This document shows positions 20,374 through 30,309 of a DNA stretch of 64,000 nucleotides, piece after piece. Each line of letters opens with the position of its first letter. Positions within the stretch are counted from its first letter, which is position 1. A model generated the notes under the pieces. That model searched no databases. It saw only the letters and a program-made list of their open reading frames with translations, and was not told the DNA's origin. Made by a program: the position numbers and the translations under genes. This DNA comes from a candidate division FCPU426 bacterium (GTDB lineage Bacteria > Oederibacteriota > Muellerivitia > Muellerivitales > Muellerivitaceae), in the NCBI GenBank assembly GCA_963796105.1, contig CAWCKJ010000015.1, positions 1 through 64,000 of the forward strand, in the 5' to 3' direction.

Positions 20374-22776
20374 TTAAAATCCTTGTTCCTTTAAATATGC
20401 CTTTAACCGCGCGGAGATCAACTCGATTTCAGTTGGGGAAAGATAACGACCTTCTCGTTGCGAGATCTCAAGCGTGACTTTCCCAAAAAGCTCTTGGTAA
20501 AGAAATTGAAACCGCTCAATGGTATCTTCTTTATCGTCTAGATCGTCTATTCTTTTGGGCAATGTGATTGCAGTGATTAAACTTGGCTTGAAAACATCCG
20601 ACAGAATGGCTGTGATCTGACCCAGGTCTGTTTTAACCATTGGATTATCAGGTCCTTCTAGTTTCAGGGCATCACTTATGGCTTGATTGTTTATGAACGG
20701 ACTGAGGTTAAGCATTTTCAAATAGATTTGAGCGAATTCAATCCGGATTTTTTCACGCTTTTCTGGATCGCAGACCTCATTGAACGGCAGGAATATATCC
20801 GTCAGATAACCGAAGTTTCCGCTCTTTTCCCAGAGAACTACGATTTTCTTCACAATCTCCAAATATTTTTCAGGATCTGTTTTGGCCAATTTACGAAATA
20901 TTTCTACATTGAACCTGAAATGAATTTGATTTGAAGGATTGGCGTCTTTGAATTTACTGAATAAGATGTCGAAGGATTTATTGTATAAATGAAATCCGAG
21001 TTCCTCGTCTATCTTGTAGACCTCTTCAAGAAGAGGATTCAGCCTCGGAAATAGCTCTTGCTCATACTCACAATCAAAAAGCATCACGATGTAAGGGCAA
21101 AGTGTGGTGAATTCCCCAGGTTTGTTCCTCAATGTTCTCCAAAAGGACTGGGCCAAGGCGGGTCTGAACATGGTGCTTCTGGAATCTTTATTGGTGATCA
21201 AACCCCTTAATTTATGGATAAATTCGGATGGATCGAACGTATATCCTAGTTCTTTAAAGTGTTGGTGCCGATAAAGAGCATAGTAAACATACAGGTCGGT
21301 GGACTCGGTGGTTGAGCTTAAAGTTTCTAATACCTCCAAAGCTTCTGCCTCAGTTACATCGAGATAGCTTTCAAAAATATCCGTCAACCTTCTAACAAGC
21401 GCAAAGCAGGAAGGATACTTTTTAACAAGGTCCAAAAGATAAAAAACAATCTCGTGGAATTTTTGGTATTCCTCGACCCGCGGATATTTTCCAAAACCTT
21501 TCAGCCAGGCTCGTTTGTTTGAAATGTCCTGCAAAGCGTAACCACAATGGGTCTTAACATAAAAGCTCTTGTGCTTAACGATTTCTCCGATATACGTCAG
21601 TGCAGTGCCAATTAATTCCTGTTTCCACGCCAGTTCCTTGACGAGCCAAACCACTTGACCGACCACAGAGGTGATGGCGTCCTGGGTTCCGCCTTGTAGT
21701 ATTTCCTGCTCGTAATCCCGCTCTCCGGCCACGGGAATGATCGATGGATGACTATCGTCTTTGAATTTCTCAATGAGCCAGATGACCTTGTCATAATCGC
21801 CTTTTTCCGCCAATGGCTTCCCGAGTTGCACCATCTGTTGGCGGGCGAATCTGTCACCAAACAACTCGTCCGGCCGTTTTACTTTCAAAGCGTATTGCAG
21901 GCATTGGAAAAGCTGCGGTTGATAGGTCCATCTCTTGTCATTTAGGTGATAAATCCAATTTTCAAAGAGGCGGAAGTGTTTTTTATCATCCGCCAAAACT
22001 CCCTGTAACATATTTTCAAAAAAGGATTTCTCGTAAACCAATTCATACGTCGCTGTCTTTTCACTGTGTTCAAACCATATTTCATGAATGTTCTTTAACT
22101 GAACCAGATCCTCGATCCCTAACGACAAGCCGCCATAGATATGCCCCAAATAATTAGCATGCACGTATCTATTGGCCAACAAAACTATCCCTTTTTTTCC
22201 TTTGTGGGCCGCTTCTTGAAGCTGTTTGTCAGCAACGATTAAATTGTCTTTGATGTTTTCATAAATAGTCTGCTCGGGACTGATCATTCCCCCGTCGTGG
22301 GTAGAGAATCCGACATAGCTGTCTTTTTCCCCAACTTTTGAGATTTTAATTCTCACGTTGTTTTTTAGAACCACTTCCTTTAGGTCATTCAAGACTGCTT
22401 GAAGAATCTTGTTGCTCGCTTCCTTCAAGTTCTTTTCATCATGTGGGTATTTGAATCGAGATGGTGCTTCCAGGAGATAGACACCAGCAACATTTTTATG
22501 CAACGGATCAAGGTCCATATACTTCTTGAAATTGGAGATTATTCTCCAGAACAGGACAGAGCGCTCGATGTCCGCTCGATCACGCAATTCCTTTACTTCC
22601 AGGTAAGCATTGAGTTTTGGCAGGTGATAATCAGGGGAATTTGATTTGCTGTTAGATTTCAACCGGATTAACCGAACATTTTTGACTTTGTTTACACGAC
22701 CATAGAAATCGACAAATTTTCTAGCCGGTTTGTACTCTTTTTCTTTTTTCTTTTTCGGAATAACTTTGCTGGTCAT
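20374..22776 (-). CDS. PD-(D/E)xK nuclease domain plus alpha-helical repeat protein
   Basis: SPDY...YLEVKEL near the N-terminus; long helical C-terminus. Confidence 0.65.
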   Translation of the reverse strand: MTSKVIPKKKKEKEYKPARKFVDFYGRVNKVKNVRLIRLKSNSKSNSPDYHLPKLNAYLEVKELRDRADIERSVLFWRIISNFKKYMDLDPLHKNVAGVYLLEAPSRFKYPHDEKNLKEASNKILQAVLNDLKEVVLKNNVRIKISKVGEKDSYVGFSTHDGGMISPEQTIYENIKDNLIVADKQLQEAAHKGKKGIVLLANRYVHANYLGHIYGGLSLGIEDLVQLKNIHEIWFEHSEKTATYELVYEKSFFENMLQGVLADDKKHFRLFENWIYHLNDKRWTYQPQLFQCLQYALKVKRPDELFGDRFARQQMVQLGKPLAEKGDYDKVIWLIEKFKDDSHPSIIPVAGERDYEQEILQGGTQDAITSVVGQVVWLVKELAWKQELIGTALTYIGEIVKHKSFYVKTHCGYALQDISNKRAWLKGFGKYPRVEEYQKFHEIVFYLLDLVKKYPSCFALVRRLTDIFESYLDVTEAEALEVLETLSSTTESTDLYVYYALYRHQHFKELGYTFDPSEFIHKLRGLITNKDSRSTMFRPALAQSFWRTLRNKPGEFTTLCPYIVMLFDCEYEQELFPRLNPLLEEVYKIDEELGFHLYNKSFDILFSKFKDANPSNQIHFRFNVEIFRKLAKTDPEKYLEIVKKIVVLWEKSGNFGYLTDIFLPFNEVCDPEKREKIRIEFAQIYLKMLNLSPFINNQAISDALKLEGPDNPMVKTDLGQITAILSDVFKPSLITAITLPKRIDDLDDKEDTIERFQFLYQELFGKVTLEISQREGRYLSPTEIELISARLKAYLKEQGF

Positions 22777-22877
22777 TTACAAACCTCGCAGCGAACCTAA
22801 TGCTGAGCTTAAACTAGAATATCAACCTTTAACCAACTATCGCCACCGGCAACATCTTCCATGCCGTCCAGAGACTA

Positions 22878-23290
22878 AAAAACCCCGTTTAAATGCAAAA
22901 CAAGCCCTTTGGATTAGGTGTTCATAACAATAGACACCCAAACAAGCCAGGATAGGTGGAGTTGCCTCTCAAATTTCTTAGAGGACGTTCTTTAAGCGAT
23001 TATTTGATTTTTATCACTCGTTGTTTTAGATCGGCCTCCATTTAAAGAAAATATGGACCATCTAGCAGGTTATTCCACCGTTGCTCGGGGCTAGCAATGA
23101 CAACGCTTGTCATTGACTGAAGACCGTTCCTTGATTTTTCAGTCCAACTCCGACCAGCGGTGTCCAATACCTTCGCTCAAAAATTCCTTCTGCCATCGGG
23201 AATGACAAGCAGTTGTTGTTAACACAGTTGCTCGACTTGGAGAAATCCCTCTTCAGAAAATGTTATTACTGCTTATGGAGAATTTTTCTA
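22878..23290. repeat. non-coding boundary repeat, copy 2
   Basis: CCCCGTTTAAATGCAAAACAAGCCC resembles 51938-51962; GAATGACAAGCAGTTG resembles 52021; palindrome CAATGACAA-CGC-TTGTCATTG at 23095-23115. Confidence 0.65.
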
Positions 23291-23418
23291 TGGATTTCCA
23301 CAAACAAGTTGTGGAGAAAACATATTGGCCGACCAGTGGTTTGAAAGAATAAAAAGTTAAAAATTCTTTCTTCCAATTTTTCATCAAATGATAACTTACT
23401 TTCATTTCCCTTTTGATG

Positions 23419-24171
23419 TTAAGCGCATTTAAAACACGATAGAAATAAGAGGCAAACCTCCGTCAATTCAACCGTGGCGCCCATACCATCACCTGTCAAG
23501 CCGCCTATCCGGGCCTTGGAAAATCGGCTTATCCCAACGGATACGCCTATGGCTACCAGGAAAGCCCATAAGGCGCCGAGTTTTAAAAGTAACCCACAGA
23601 TGAAAATCGATAGAAAAGTCGAAAACAAAAACCATTTCACGGGTAACCCCACGATTTGGGAACCCAATCCTTTATCTCCCGAAGGAGCTTTGGATATTAA
23701 GCAGGAAAGACCTATGGCCCATCGCGCAACCACCGGAATGGCAATCAGCCATTGGGACGCCTCACCCTTGGCCAAGTCATGGCTCAACAATACATATTTG
23801 GAAACCAAGAGAAGAACAATACCCGTCAACCCATAAACACCCACCGCCGAATCCTTCATGATCCGGCGGCGTTCCTTGGGTGTTCGTCCCCCGAAAAAAC
23901 CGTCCAGGCAGTCGGCCAAGCCGTCCAAGTGAAAAGCCGCCGTGAAGAGAACCCAAACCAAGAGCAACAACAGCGCCCCGAGATCAGGCGCCATCGGGAT
24001 CAGCCCAACCAAGGCCAACAAACCTCCCAGAACCAGGCCCACCAGGGGATAAAAAACCACGGAATGTTTGAGTTCATCCAACGAACCTTTTCCGGGATCT
24101 ATCGGAATGGATGAGAGGGTTGAAAAGGCGAATAAAACAGGTTTGAAAAGACGGCTTTTCACGAAACGCAT
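23419..24171 (-). CDS. cobS: adenosylcobinamide-GDP ribazoletransferase (cobalamin synthase)
   Basis: HLDGLADCLDG, IMKDSAVG, GGLTGDGMGA. Confidence 0.93.
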   Translation of the reverse strand: MRFVKSRLFKPVLFAFSTLSSIPIDPGKGSLDELKHSVVFYPLVGLVLGGLLALVGLIPMAPDLGALLLLLVWVLFTAAFHLDGLADCLDGFFGGRTPKERRRIMKDSAVGVYGLTGIVLLLVSKYVLLSHDLAKGEASQWLIAIPVVARWAIGLSCLISKAPSGDKGLGSQIVGLPVKWFLFSTFLSIFICGLLLKLGALWAFLVAIGVSVGISRFSKARIGGLTGDGMGATVELTEVCLLFLSCFKCA

Positions 24172-24178
24172 ATCCCCC

Positions 24179-25276
24179 TTAAACTTTGGAAGAAATTCCG
24201 GATTTTCTTCCCGTTTTGTTCTTCCCGATCTTTTCGGGCACACTCGCGCTCTCAAAGGTCGCCATTTCGGCATGGGCGCAAAGGGCCGACTCCAGGATAT
24301 TCAGGGCCAAAGCACCACCCGTACCTTCGCCTAAGCGCATTTTTAAATTCAAAAGAGGCTCTTCATTCAACATTTCAAAGAATTTGGAATGTCCCGGTTC
24401 CTCAGAACGATGGGAGAAAAAACAATAATCCTTCACCCTGGGATTCAACCGGTAGGCCACCAGGAAAGCCGCCGAAGTTATGAACCCATCCACAACAACG
24501 GGAATATGGTTTTTAGCGCAACCCAGGACGACGCCGGTCAAGGCCGCGATTTCAAAGCCACCCAACCGTTGCAAGGCTTCCAGGGGATTACGGGTGTGGG
24601 CTTTGTGGAGATTGAGGCCTTCCTGGATGGCACGACATTTGTTCAGCCATTGGGTGCGATCAATGCCCGTCCCGAAACCGGTCACATCCTCCACCGCGCA
24701 GGGCAACAAGTCGGCCATGAGCGCGGCCGCGGAAGTGGTATTGCCGATCCCCATTTCACCCAGAACCACCCATTTCACCTTGTCTTTCAAAGCCTGTTCG
24801 GCCAGCTTTAATCCCAAGTCCAAGGCTTTTTTACATTCGGAGGGGGTCATGGCGGATTCGATCTTGAAGTTTTTTGTGCCCTTGGCGATCTTGGCGGAAA
24901 CCAGCTTTTTGGACTTGGGCAGGTCCGCCGCCACCCCCACATCCACCACCTGCACCTCGGCCCCGGCCACCTTGGCCAAAGCGTTGATGGCCGCCCCGCC
25001 CTTCAGGAAATTCAGGACCATCATGGGGGTCACGGCTGATGGAAAGGCCGACACGCCTTCGGCGGTTACGCCGTGGTCTCCCGCGCAAAGAATCACTCGT
25101 TTTTTCCCCCGCGAAGGGATTTCCTCACCCGTAATTCCGGCCACCTTAATGGCTATTTCCTCCAAACGGCCCAGGCTACCCGCAGGCTTGGTAAGCTTCG
25201 CCTGACGCTCCAGGGCTTTCTTGATGGCTTTTTCATCCCGCGCCGGAATGGCAAATTTAATTTTCAAGGTATTCAT
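24179..25276 (-). CDS. cobT: nicotinate-nucleotide:dimethylbenzimidazole phosphoribosyltransferase
   Basis: LTKPAGSLGRLE, GDHGV, GEMGIGNTT, MRLGEGTG. Confidence 0.96.
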   Translation of the reverse strand: MNTLKIKFAIPARDEKAIKKALERQAKLTKPAGSLGRLEEIAIKVAGITGEEIPSRGKKRVILCAGDHGVTAEGVSAFPSAVTPMMVLNFLKGGAAINALAKVAGAEVQVVDVGVAADLPKSKKLVSAKIAKGTKNFKIESAMTPSECKKALDLGLKLAEQALKDKVKWVVLGEMGIGNTTSAAALMADLLPCAVEDVTGFGTGIDRTQWLNKCRAIQEGLNLHKAHTRNPLEALQRLGGFEIAALTGVVLGCAKNHIPVVVDGFITSAAFLVAYRLNPRVKDYCFFSHRSEEPGHSKFFEMLNEEPLLNLKMRLGEGTGGALALNILESALCAHAEMATFESASVPEKIGKNKTGRKSGISSKV

Positions 25277-25290
25277 GATTCGTCCTTTGC

Positions 25291-25824
25291 TTATTTTATT
25301 TTTCGGGGAATTCCGGCAGTCATGAGCACAACCTGATCCGCAACGCCCGAAAGCAACATGTTGAGTTGGCCCTGAAGGTCACGAAAATCACGACCCAAGG
25401 GGTTGTCCGGGACAATACCCTCCCCGACTTCATTCGAGACAAACCGGATGTTTCCTTTCGCCCCGGTCAAGGAGCCAAGAAACCTTTCAAATTCCTTCTC
25501 GACTTCTCCAAAAGACAACGTTTTTCCTCCAATACCGCATAACAAGTTCGAAATCCAAAGCGTCGTGCAATCAACAATAACCAATCCATTTTCATGAACC
25601 GCATTTTTCCGCAGGATATCCGTTAGGTAATAGGGTTCCTCGACAGTATTCCATTCCCGACCGCGCTCGGCTTTATGTATATCAATCCGGCGCTTCATCT
25701 CATCATCGCCCGCAGAGGCCGTCGCCAGGAATATCTTCGGGTTCAAACCATCCTCATTTCCCTGATGAAGGGCAAACCTGGATTTCCCTGATCTCGCGCC
25801 TCCCAGGATGAGCTGAACCTTCAA
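25291..25824 (-). CDS. cobU: adenosylcobinamide kinase / cobinamide-phosphate guanylyltransferase
   Basis: GGARSGKS, DC.TLW.SN, VSNEVG.GIVP. Confidence 0.95.
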   Translation of the reverse strand: MKVQLILGGARSGKSRFALHQGNEDGLNPKIFLATASAGDDEMKRRIDIHKAERGREWNTVEEPYYLTDILRKNAVHENGLVIVDCTTLWISNLLCGIGGKTLSFGEVEKEFERFLGSLTGAKGNIRFVSNEVGEGIVPDNPLGRDFRDLQGQLNMLLSGVADQVVLMTAGIPRKIK

Positions 25825-25850
25825 TATTTCCAAAGCTGAACCCTCCTCGT

Positions 25851-27251
25851 CTAGGATGACATCATTTCGAATGATGTGACGGTGTCCTTGTCCCAATGGT
25901 CCCAAAGGTAGTCTTCTTGGCGTTCGTCCGCGATCAAGCGCAACGCATAGCGCACCTGTTCCTCATACAACTCGCAGAAGGCGCCGGGTTGTTGCATACC
26001 GCCACGCATTTCATGTGCCTCCGCAGGACAGGGTGACCCGCAGAAGTGCCGCACCGCGCACCGCTTGCAAGGGTCAATATCCTCTACCTTTCGCCCGGTG
26101 ACCTGGTTAAAGGGCTTGCTAACCAGCGCCTTTTCAATCTTGTCCCGGAAGAGGTTGCCTCCCTTGAATGACTCCAGGCCGATAAACTCACTGCAAGGGA
26201 ACAAATCACCACTGGCCGAAACCGCGAAAAAACAGCGTCCGCCCCCACACGGGGAAATGTCGCACATCAATCGGCGCGCTTGCGGGGCCAAAATTCCGAT
26301 GAGGATGTTGGCGAAGTTGGCCACGACCAGTTTCCGTCCGGTTTGCCGATACAGTTGTTGGGTACGATCCAATGCGGCTAAATAATACCTGCTCATTTCA
26401 TAGTCGAGGGGTTTGATTTTCCGCGCCCCTTCCCTTGTGCAACGAACCGGATTGAGCATGCAAGTCGGCACCCCCAGTCCGTGGAAGAAATCCACGGTTT
26501 GGATCAAGTGGCGCATGTTTTCCTGGGTGACCGTGCAAATGACGCTGAAATTCGGGTATCCCCTCAGCTTCTCCACCACACTAACCACTTTCTTGTACAC
26601 GCTTCCGCCCGCCCATGTCTTGCGCGTCCGGGTCGCCACCGTTTCCGCTCCAGCATCCAGCGAAAGGCCGATCGCCACGCGGCGTGATTTCAGGAATTCA
26701 ATGCCGGCGTCATCCAGTAACGTTCCATTGGTTTGCACCCCGAAATTGAAATAACCTCCAAATTTTTCTATTCCGGCAAACACGGCGTCCTTGTTTAAAA
26801 GGGGTTCGGAACCGTGAAAAACAACCTGCGGCTTGAGTCCGCGTGGGACCGTTCGCCGAAAATACTTCTGTAGAATCGCCAACGCTTCCACCAGTTTTTC
26901 CTTCGTCATGTGCACCCCTTGGGCGCGCATGGTTTCAGGTATGTAGCAATAGGGACAGTTCAGGTTACAGCGCTCGGTGGGATTGAAATAAACCGCCGAT
27001 GGCTTTAGTCCGAATCGCAAATATTCCATCTCTTTTGCGAAGGTGCCTGCCTTTTCATGGTATTTCCGCAATAAAGTGCCAGTGGTCAAAACGTCCCCCA
27101 AGCGGTCTTTGCGCACCAACGACCAAAAGGCGGTGTCGGGATCAACCAGCCCGACATAATCGCGATGTTGGATGTCAACGGGTTGAAGTGTGCGGCCATT
27201 ACCGGTGTTGAAATGTTTGCCCCGTAAGGCGGCGATTACAGTTGTTTTCAT
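25851..27251 (-). CDS. cbpB: peptide-modifying radical SAM/SPASM enzyme CbpB
   Basis: CNLNCPYC; SPASM CGGGRC, PCSEF, CKRC..RHFCGSPCP; adjacent CbpA-like peptide. Confidence 0.88.
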   Translation of the reverse strand: MKTTVIAALRGKHFNTGNGRTLQPVDIQHRDYVGLVDPDTAFWSLVRKDRLGDVLTTGTLLRKYHEKAGTFAKEMEYLRFGLKPSAVYFNPTERCNLNCPYCYIPETMRAQGVHMTKEKLVEALAILQKYFRRTVPRGLKPQVVFHGSEPLLNKDAVFAGIEKFGGYFNFGVQTNGTLLDDAGIEFLKSRRVAIGLSLDAGAETVATRTRKTWAGGSVYKKVVSVVEKLRGYPNFSVICTVTQENMRHLIQTVDFFHGLGVPTCMLNPVRCTREGARKIKPLDYEMSRYYLAALDRTQQLYRQTGRKLVVANFANILIGILAPQARRLMCDISPCGGGRCFFAVSASGDLFPCSEFIGLESFKGGNLFRDKIEKALVSKPFNQVTGRKVEDIDPCKRCAVRHFCGSPCPAEAHEMRGGMQQPGAFCELYEEQVRYALRLIADERQEDYLWDHWDKDTVTSFEMMSS

Positions 27252-27343
27252 TTACCTGAACCCCATGATACGGCTTTATTACCCCACGACCTGGCAGACC
27301 GCCCCGCGACTCGTGTATCGGGACGGTCTTCCACGCCAATGCC

Positions 27344-27466
27344 CTACTTGTTCTTCGATTCCATCATGACGTAATGCGAAAGCCCCGTGCCTTTTGCTTT
27401 GCAGGTTTTCCGCAGGGCAATCACGGACTTCTTCGCCTTTTTCAGCTTCAGCGTCGTTTTCTTCAC
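27344..27466 (-). CDS. cbpA: modified-peptide precursor CbpA (40 aa, not in ORF track)
   Basis: RBS AGGAGG, GTG start; MKKTTLKLKKAKKSVIALRKTCKAKGTGLSHYVMMESKNK with the C...GTGLSHY signature. Confidence 0.88.
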   Translation of the reverse strand: MKKTTLKLKKAKKSVIALRKTCKAKGTGLSHYVMMESKNK

Positions 27467-27523
27467 CCAAATCACCTCCTGTTTTTTCCATAGCTTTAAC
27501 TTCTTTCCCCATCAAAGGCCCCA

Positions 27524-27967
27524 TCAAGATCCGGGGACTGGGATTGTTGTTGGGTGGGCACTTACCGGTTTCCCTTGAGGCCTACCCACCTTGCAATAAC
27601 GCCAGGTCACGCAGTCACCGTCCTCTAAAAGATAACGGCAAGCTGAAACCTGCCCTTTTTTCCCGTTGATTTCATAGAGCCACCAGATTCCCTTTTCGGC
27701 ATCGCATTTCACCCCATCGATGGATTCCACGTCCTTGGGATTGCAGCAGACGAAACCTTGTGTCACGCCCACCGCCCTCTTCGTGGCGTCCACCACCGTG
27801 CTTCCCGGCTTGAGGAGAATTGATTTTTTAACAAGCTGCTTTTCTTGGGTTCCATAATCTATTTCTACCCACACATGGATGGAGGCCGCCGTGGTCCCGG
27901 TCGCGAGGAGAGGCACGACCGGGGCCAGGAGCCAAACGAGTAGTAAGAGGCTTCTTCCTGTGATCAA
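27524..27967 (-). CDS. secreted DUF4430 (transcobalamin C-terminal-like) protein
   Basis: Signal peptide; VESIDG...WWLYEING...LEDGDCVTWRY. Confidence 0.75.
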   Translation of the reverse strand: MITGRSLLLLVWLLAPVVPLLATGTTAASIHVWVEIDYGTQEKQLVKKSILLKPGSTVVDATKRAVGVTQGFVCCNPKDVESIDGVKCDAEKGIWWLYEINGKKGQVSACRYLLEDGDCVTWRYCKVGRPQGKPVSAHPTTIPVPGS

Positions 27968-30018
27968 AGAGAAATCTTGGTTCCAAGGTAAGCCGAAACT
28001 CCCGGTGTACCGTAGCCGTAGATTTGCTCATAAATCTCGTTGAAAAGGTTGTCCACCCGACCAAAGAACTTGATGTTGGAATTAACCTCATAGGAGGCCG
28101 TGACGTTCACCACGGTATAAGAAGGCATTGTGACCGGGGTGCTCGTTAAGTTCACAAAAGCTTCATCAGGCCGGTCCCCCACATAAAGCACGTTGAAGCC
28201 GAGATGGACGCCTCTCCATTGGTAGGAAGCGCTGAAATCGGCTTGGTTCTGTGGTCGCCGTAAGAGCTGTAGACCGGTTAGCCCATCGTTCACCCAGTTC
28301 GGATCAAAAGCCCAGGTATAGCTATAGTCAGCCTTTAGTTCCAAATTCAAAATGGGTTTGGCAGAAACGAAGGTTTCCCACCCTTCGGTTTGGGCCGTGC
28401 CAACATTGAAATACTGGCCAAAGGGAGGCGTGGCCGTGTCCTCAAAATCAATCAAGTTCGTGAAATTATTGTGAAAATAAGTCGCCCCGGCCTTGATGGT
28501 GTTTTTCAAGAAGGGCTGCTCGAACCCTACGTCCCACCCCTCGCTCGTCTCGGCCTGTAGACCGGCATCTCCATAGGGGGAATAAAGCTGATAAATCGAA
28601 GGGGCGGTGAAACCCGTTCCATACGTGGCTTTCAACTTCGTCTCTAACTCGGGAATAAAGTAAGCGACCGCCCCCCGGTAGGTGAATTGGGTGCCAAAAG
28701 AACTCACGGCATCCAATCGCCCCCCTAATGTTGCGAAAAGCCGGTCCAACAGGGCCGTTTGGCTTTCCACAAAGTAACTTCCGGTCGTGGTGGTCTGATT
28801 AAAATAAGTTTCAGATGGCCCAAAGCCATAATCCGTCAAGTCATCCACCCGGCCCCATTCTTCCTGTTCTTGGATTCCAGCCACTAAGGTTTCACCTTTC
28901 CAAAGGTTGAGATTGTTTTGCCAGTTGATTTGGGCCGCTTGGCCCTCATAAGCCCCGCGTTCGAAGTGGGAGTTTGGATAAGAAGCGGAATCGTCGATAT
29001 CGGGATAAGGAGTAAAATCATCGGTGTATAGTTGTAAATCATCGGTGTAGGAAATTCCCAAGACCTGTTCCCAATCGCCATCCAAAAGTTTCCATTTCGA
29101 CTGGCTTCCCACGACCCACTGCCGTTCATTCAGGAAATAATTGGGATCGTCCCCACCGGCCCCGGCTTGGGCCGCTAGGTTTGTACGGGACTGGATATAA
29201 CGCGCATAAACGCTGTTGTCTTCATCGGAAGATGGAAGAAATCCTACCCGCAAGGATGCGGTGGTGTTTCCATCCACGTTATTGACGGTGTTGCCAAAGG
29301 ATTGGTCCGCCGAGGGAAAACCATCCGTATCAAAACGGGAAGCGGACAAGGAGTAATTAACGTTTTTATCTCCGGCTGAAGCCGTAGCCACCTCGCGAAA
29401 AGTGTCATAAGCTCCGCCTTCCAACAGGACAGAACCCTTGGGAGTCCCATCCCCTTGCTGGGTGATAATATTCACGACGCCTGCCGTAGCGTTAGTGCCG
29501 TAAATGGTGCTTAAAGGTCCCCGAACCACTTCAATTTGGCTGACATCATCCAGGAACAACTGATCAAAATTGCTGAATCCACGGTCAGTCGCAATCGGAT
29601 TGTTCAAAGGAATACCGTCGATCAGAACCAGCGTATGGCTTGAGTCCGCTCCTCGGATAAAGAGTGAGGAGCTTTCGCCGGGCGCACCATTTTGAAGCAA
29701 GGTCAAACCAGGAACACCCTGGAGCGCGTCCAGGGCCGTATCGGCTTGTTTTTCCTCGATATCTTTGGCCGTGATGACACTCATTGAATTCGCCACCTGG
29801 CTCAGGGGCGTATCCAAACGGTTGGCGGTCACCACGACTTCAGGCAATGCCACAGGGACCTGAGCCGTAATGGTATTAGGATTGGATTCCACCGTTAAAG
29901 TGTTACCGGAAGGCTCTGAAACGGGTTGGTCCGCCAAAAGGAATGAAGGGGAAACGACAGAAGTAAAAAAAGCTGAAGCCAAAAGAAAAACACGGCAATA
30001 ACACAAAAACTTTGACAT
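27964..30018 (-). CDS. btuB: TonB-dependent cobalamin receptor
   Basis: EVVVTANR, IRGAD..HTLVLIDGI, IEVVRGP; directly behind a B12 riboswitch. Confidence 0.88.
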   Translation of the reverse strand: MSKFLCYCRVFLLASAFFTSVVSPSFLLADQPVSEPSGNTLTVESNPNTITAQVPVALPEVVVTANRLDTPLSQVANSMSVITAKDIEEKQADTALDALQGVPGLTLLQNGAPGESSSLFIRGADSSHTLVLIDGIPLNNPIATDRGFSNFDQLFLDDVSQIEVVRGPLSTIYGTNATAGVVNIITQQGDGTPKGSVLLEGGAYDTFREVATASAGDKNVNYSLSASRFDTDGFPSADQSFGNTVNNVDGNTTASLRVGFLPSSDEDNSVYARYIQSRTNLAAQAGAGGDDPNYFLNERQWVVGSQSKWKLLDGDWEQVLGISYTDDLQLYTDDFTPYPDIDDSASYPNSHFERGAYEGQAAQINWQNNLNLWKGETLVAGIQEQEEWGRVDDLTDYGFGPSETYFNQTTTTGSYFVESQTALLDRLFATLGGRLDAVSSFGTQFTYRGAVAYFIPELETKLKATYGTGFTAPSIYQLYSPYGDAGLQAETSEGWDVGFEQPFLKNTIKAGATYFHNNFTNLIDFEDTATPPFGQYFNVGTAQTEGWETFVSAKPILNLELKADYSYTWAFDPNWVNDGLTGLQLLRRPQNQADFSASYQWRGVHLGFNVLYVGDRPDEAFVNLTSTPVTMPSYTVVNVTASYEVNSNIKFFGRVDNLFNEIYEQIYGYGTPGVSAYLGTKISL

Positions 30019-30121
30019 GCCCTACCCCCGAGGCCGAAGGCTTTAGGGGATATGGCAGGGAGGAAAACCCGAAAAAAGGCTTAACTCGCCGCTCCTTATT
30101 CCCGAAGAAGCATTCGAAGAT

Positions 30122-30275
30122 TTCTCAAGGCCGGTCTCCTGGCTCGGGGCATCCGACTCCTTGGGCCTTCCCGTTTTTTCAAACAGTGACACAAGGACAA
30201 ACTTCGCCCCTCACAGTGGCGGGTCCGCGCCGGATTCACACCGGCTTCCCGAACACCTTGAGTTATGGGGTAATT
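30122..30275 (-). ncRNA. cobalamin riboswitch (btuB leader)
   Basis: GGGAAGCCGGTGTGAATCCGGCGCGGACCCGCCACTGTG...GGGAAG...GAGCCAGGAGACCGGCC B12-box. Confidence 0.92.
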
Positions 30276-30309
30276 GATACTCTGCCCCCCAGTGCTTGTC
30301 AACGGAAAA

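Noticed and set aside
27279..27527. 82-aa ORF in the track
   Set aside because: Alternative frame over cbpA, which has the RBS and the family signature
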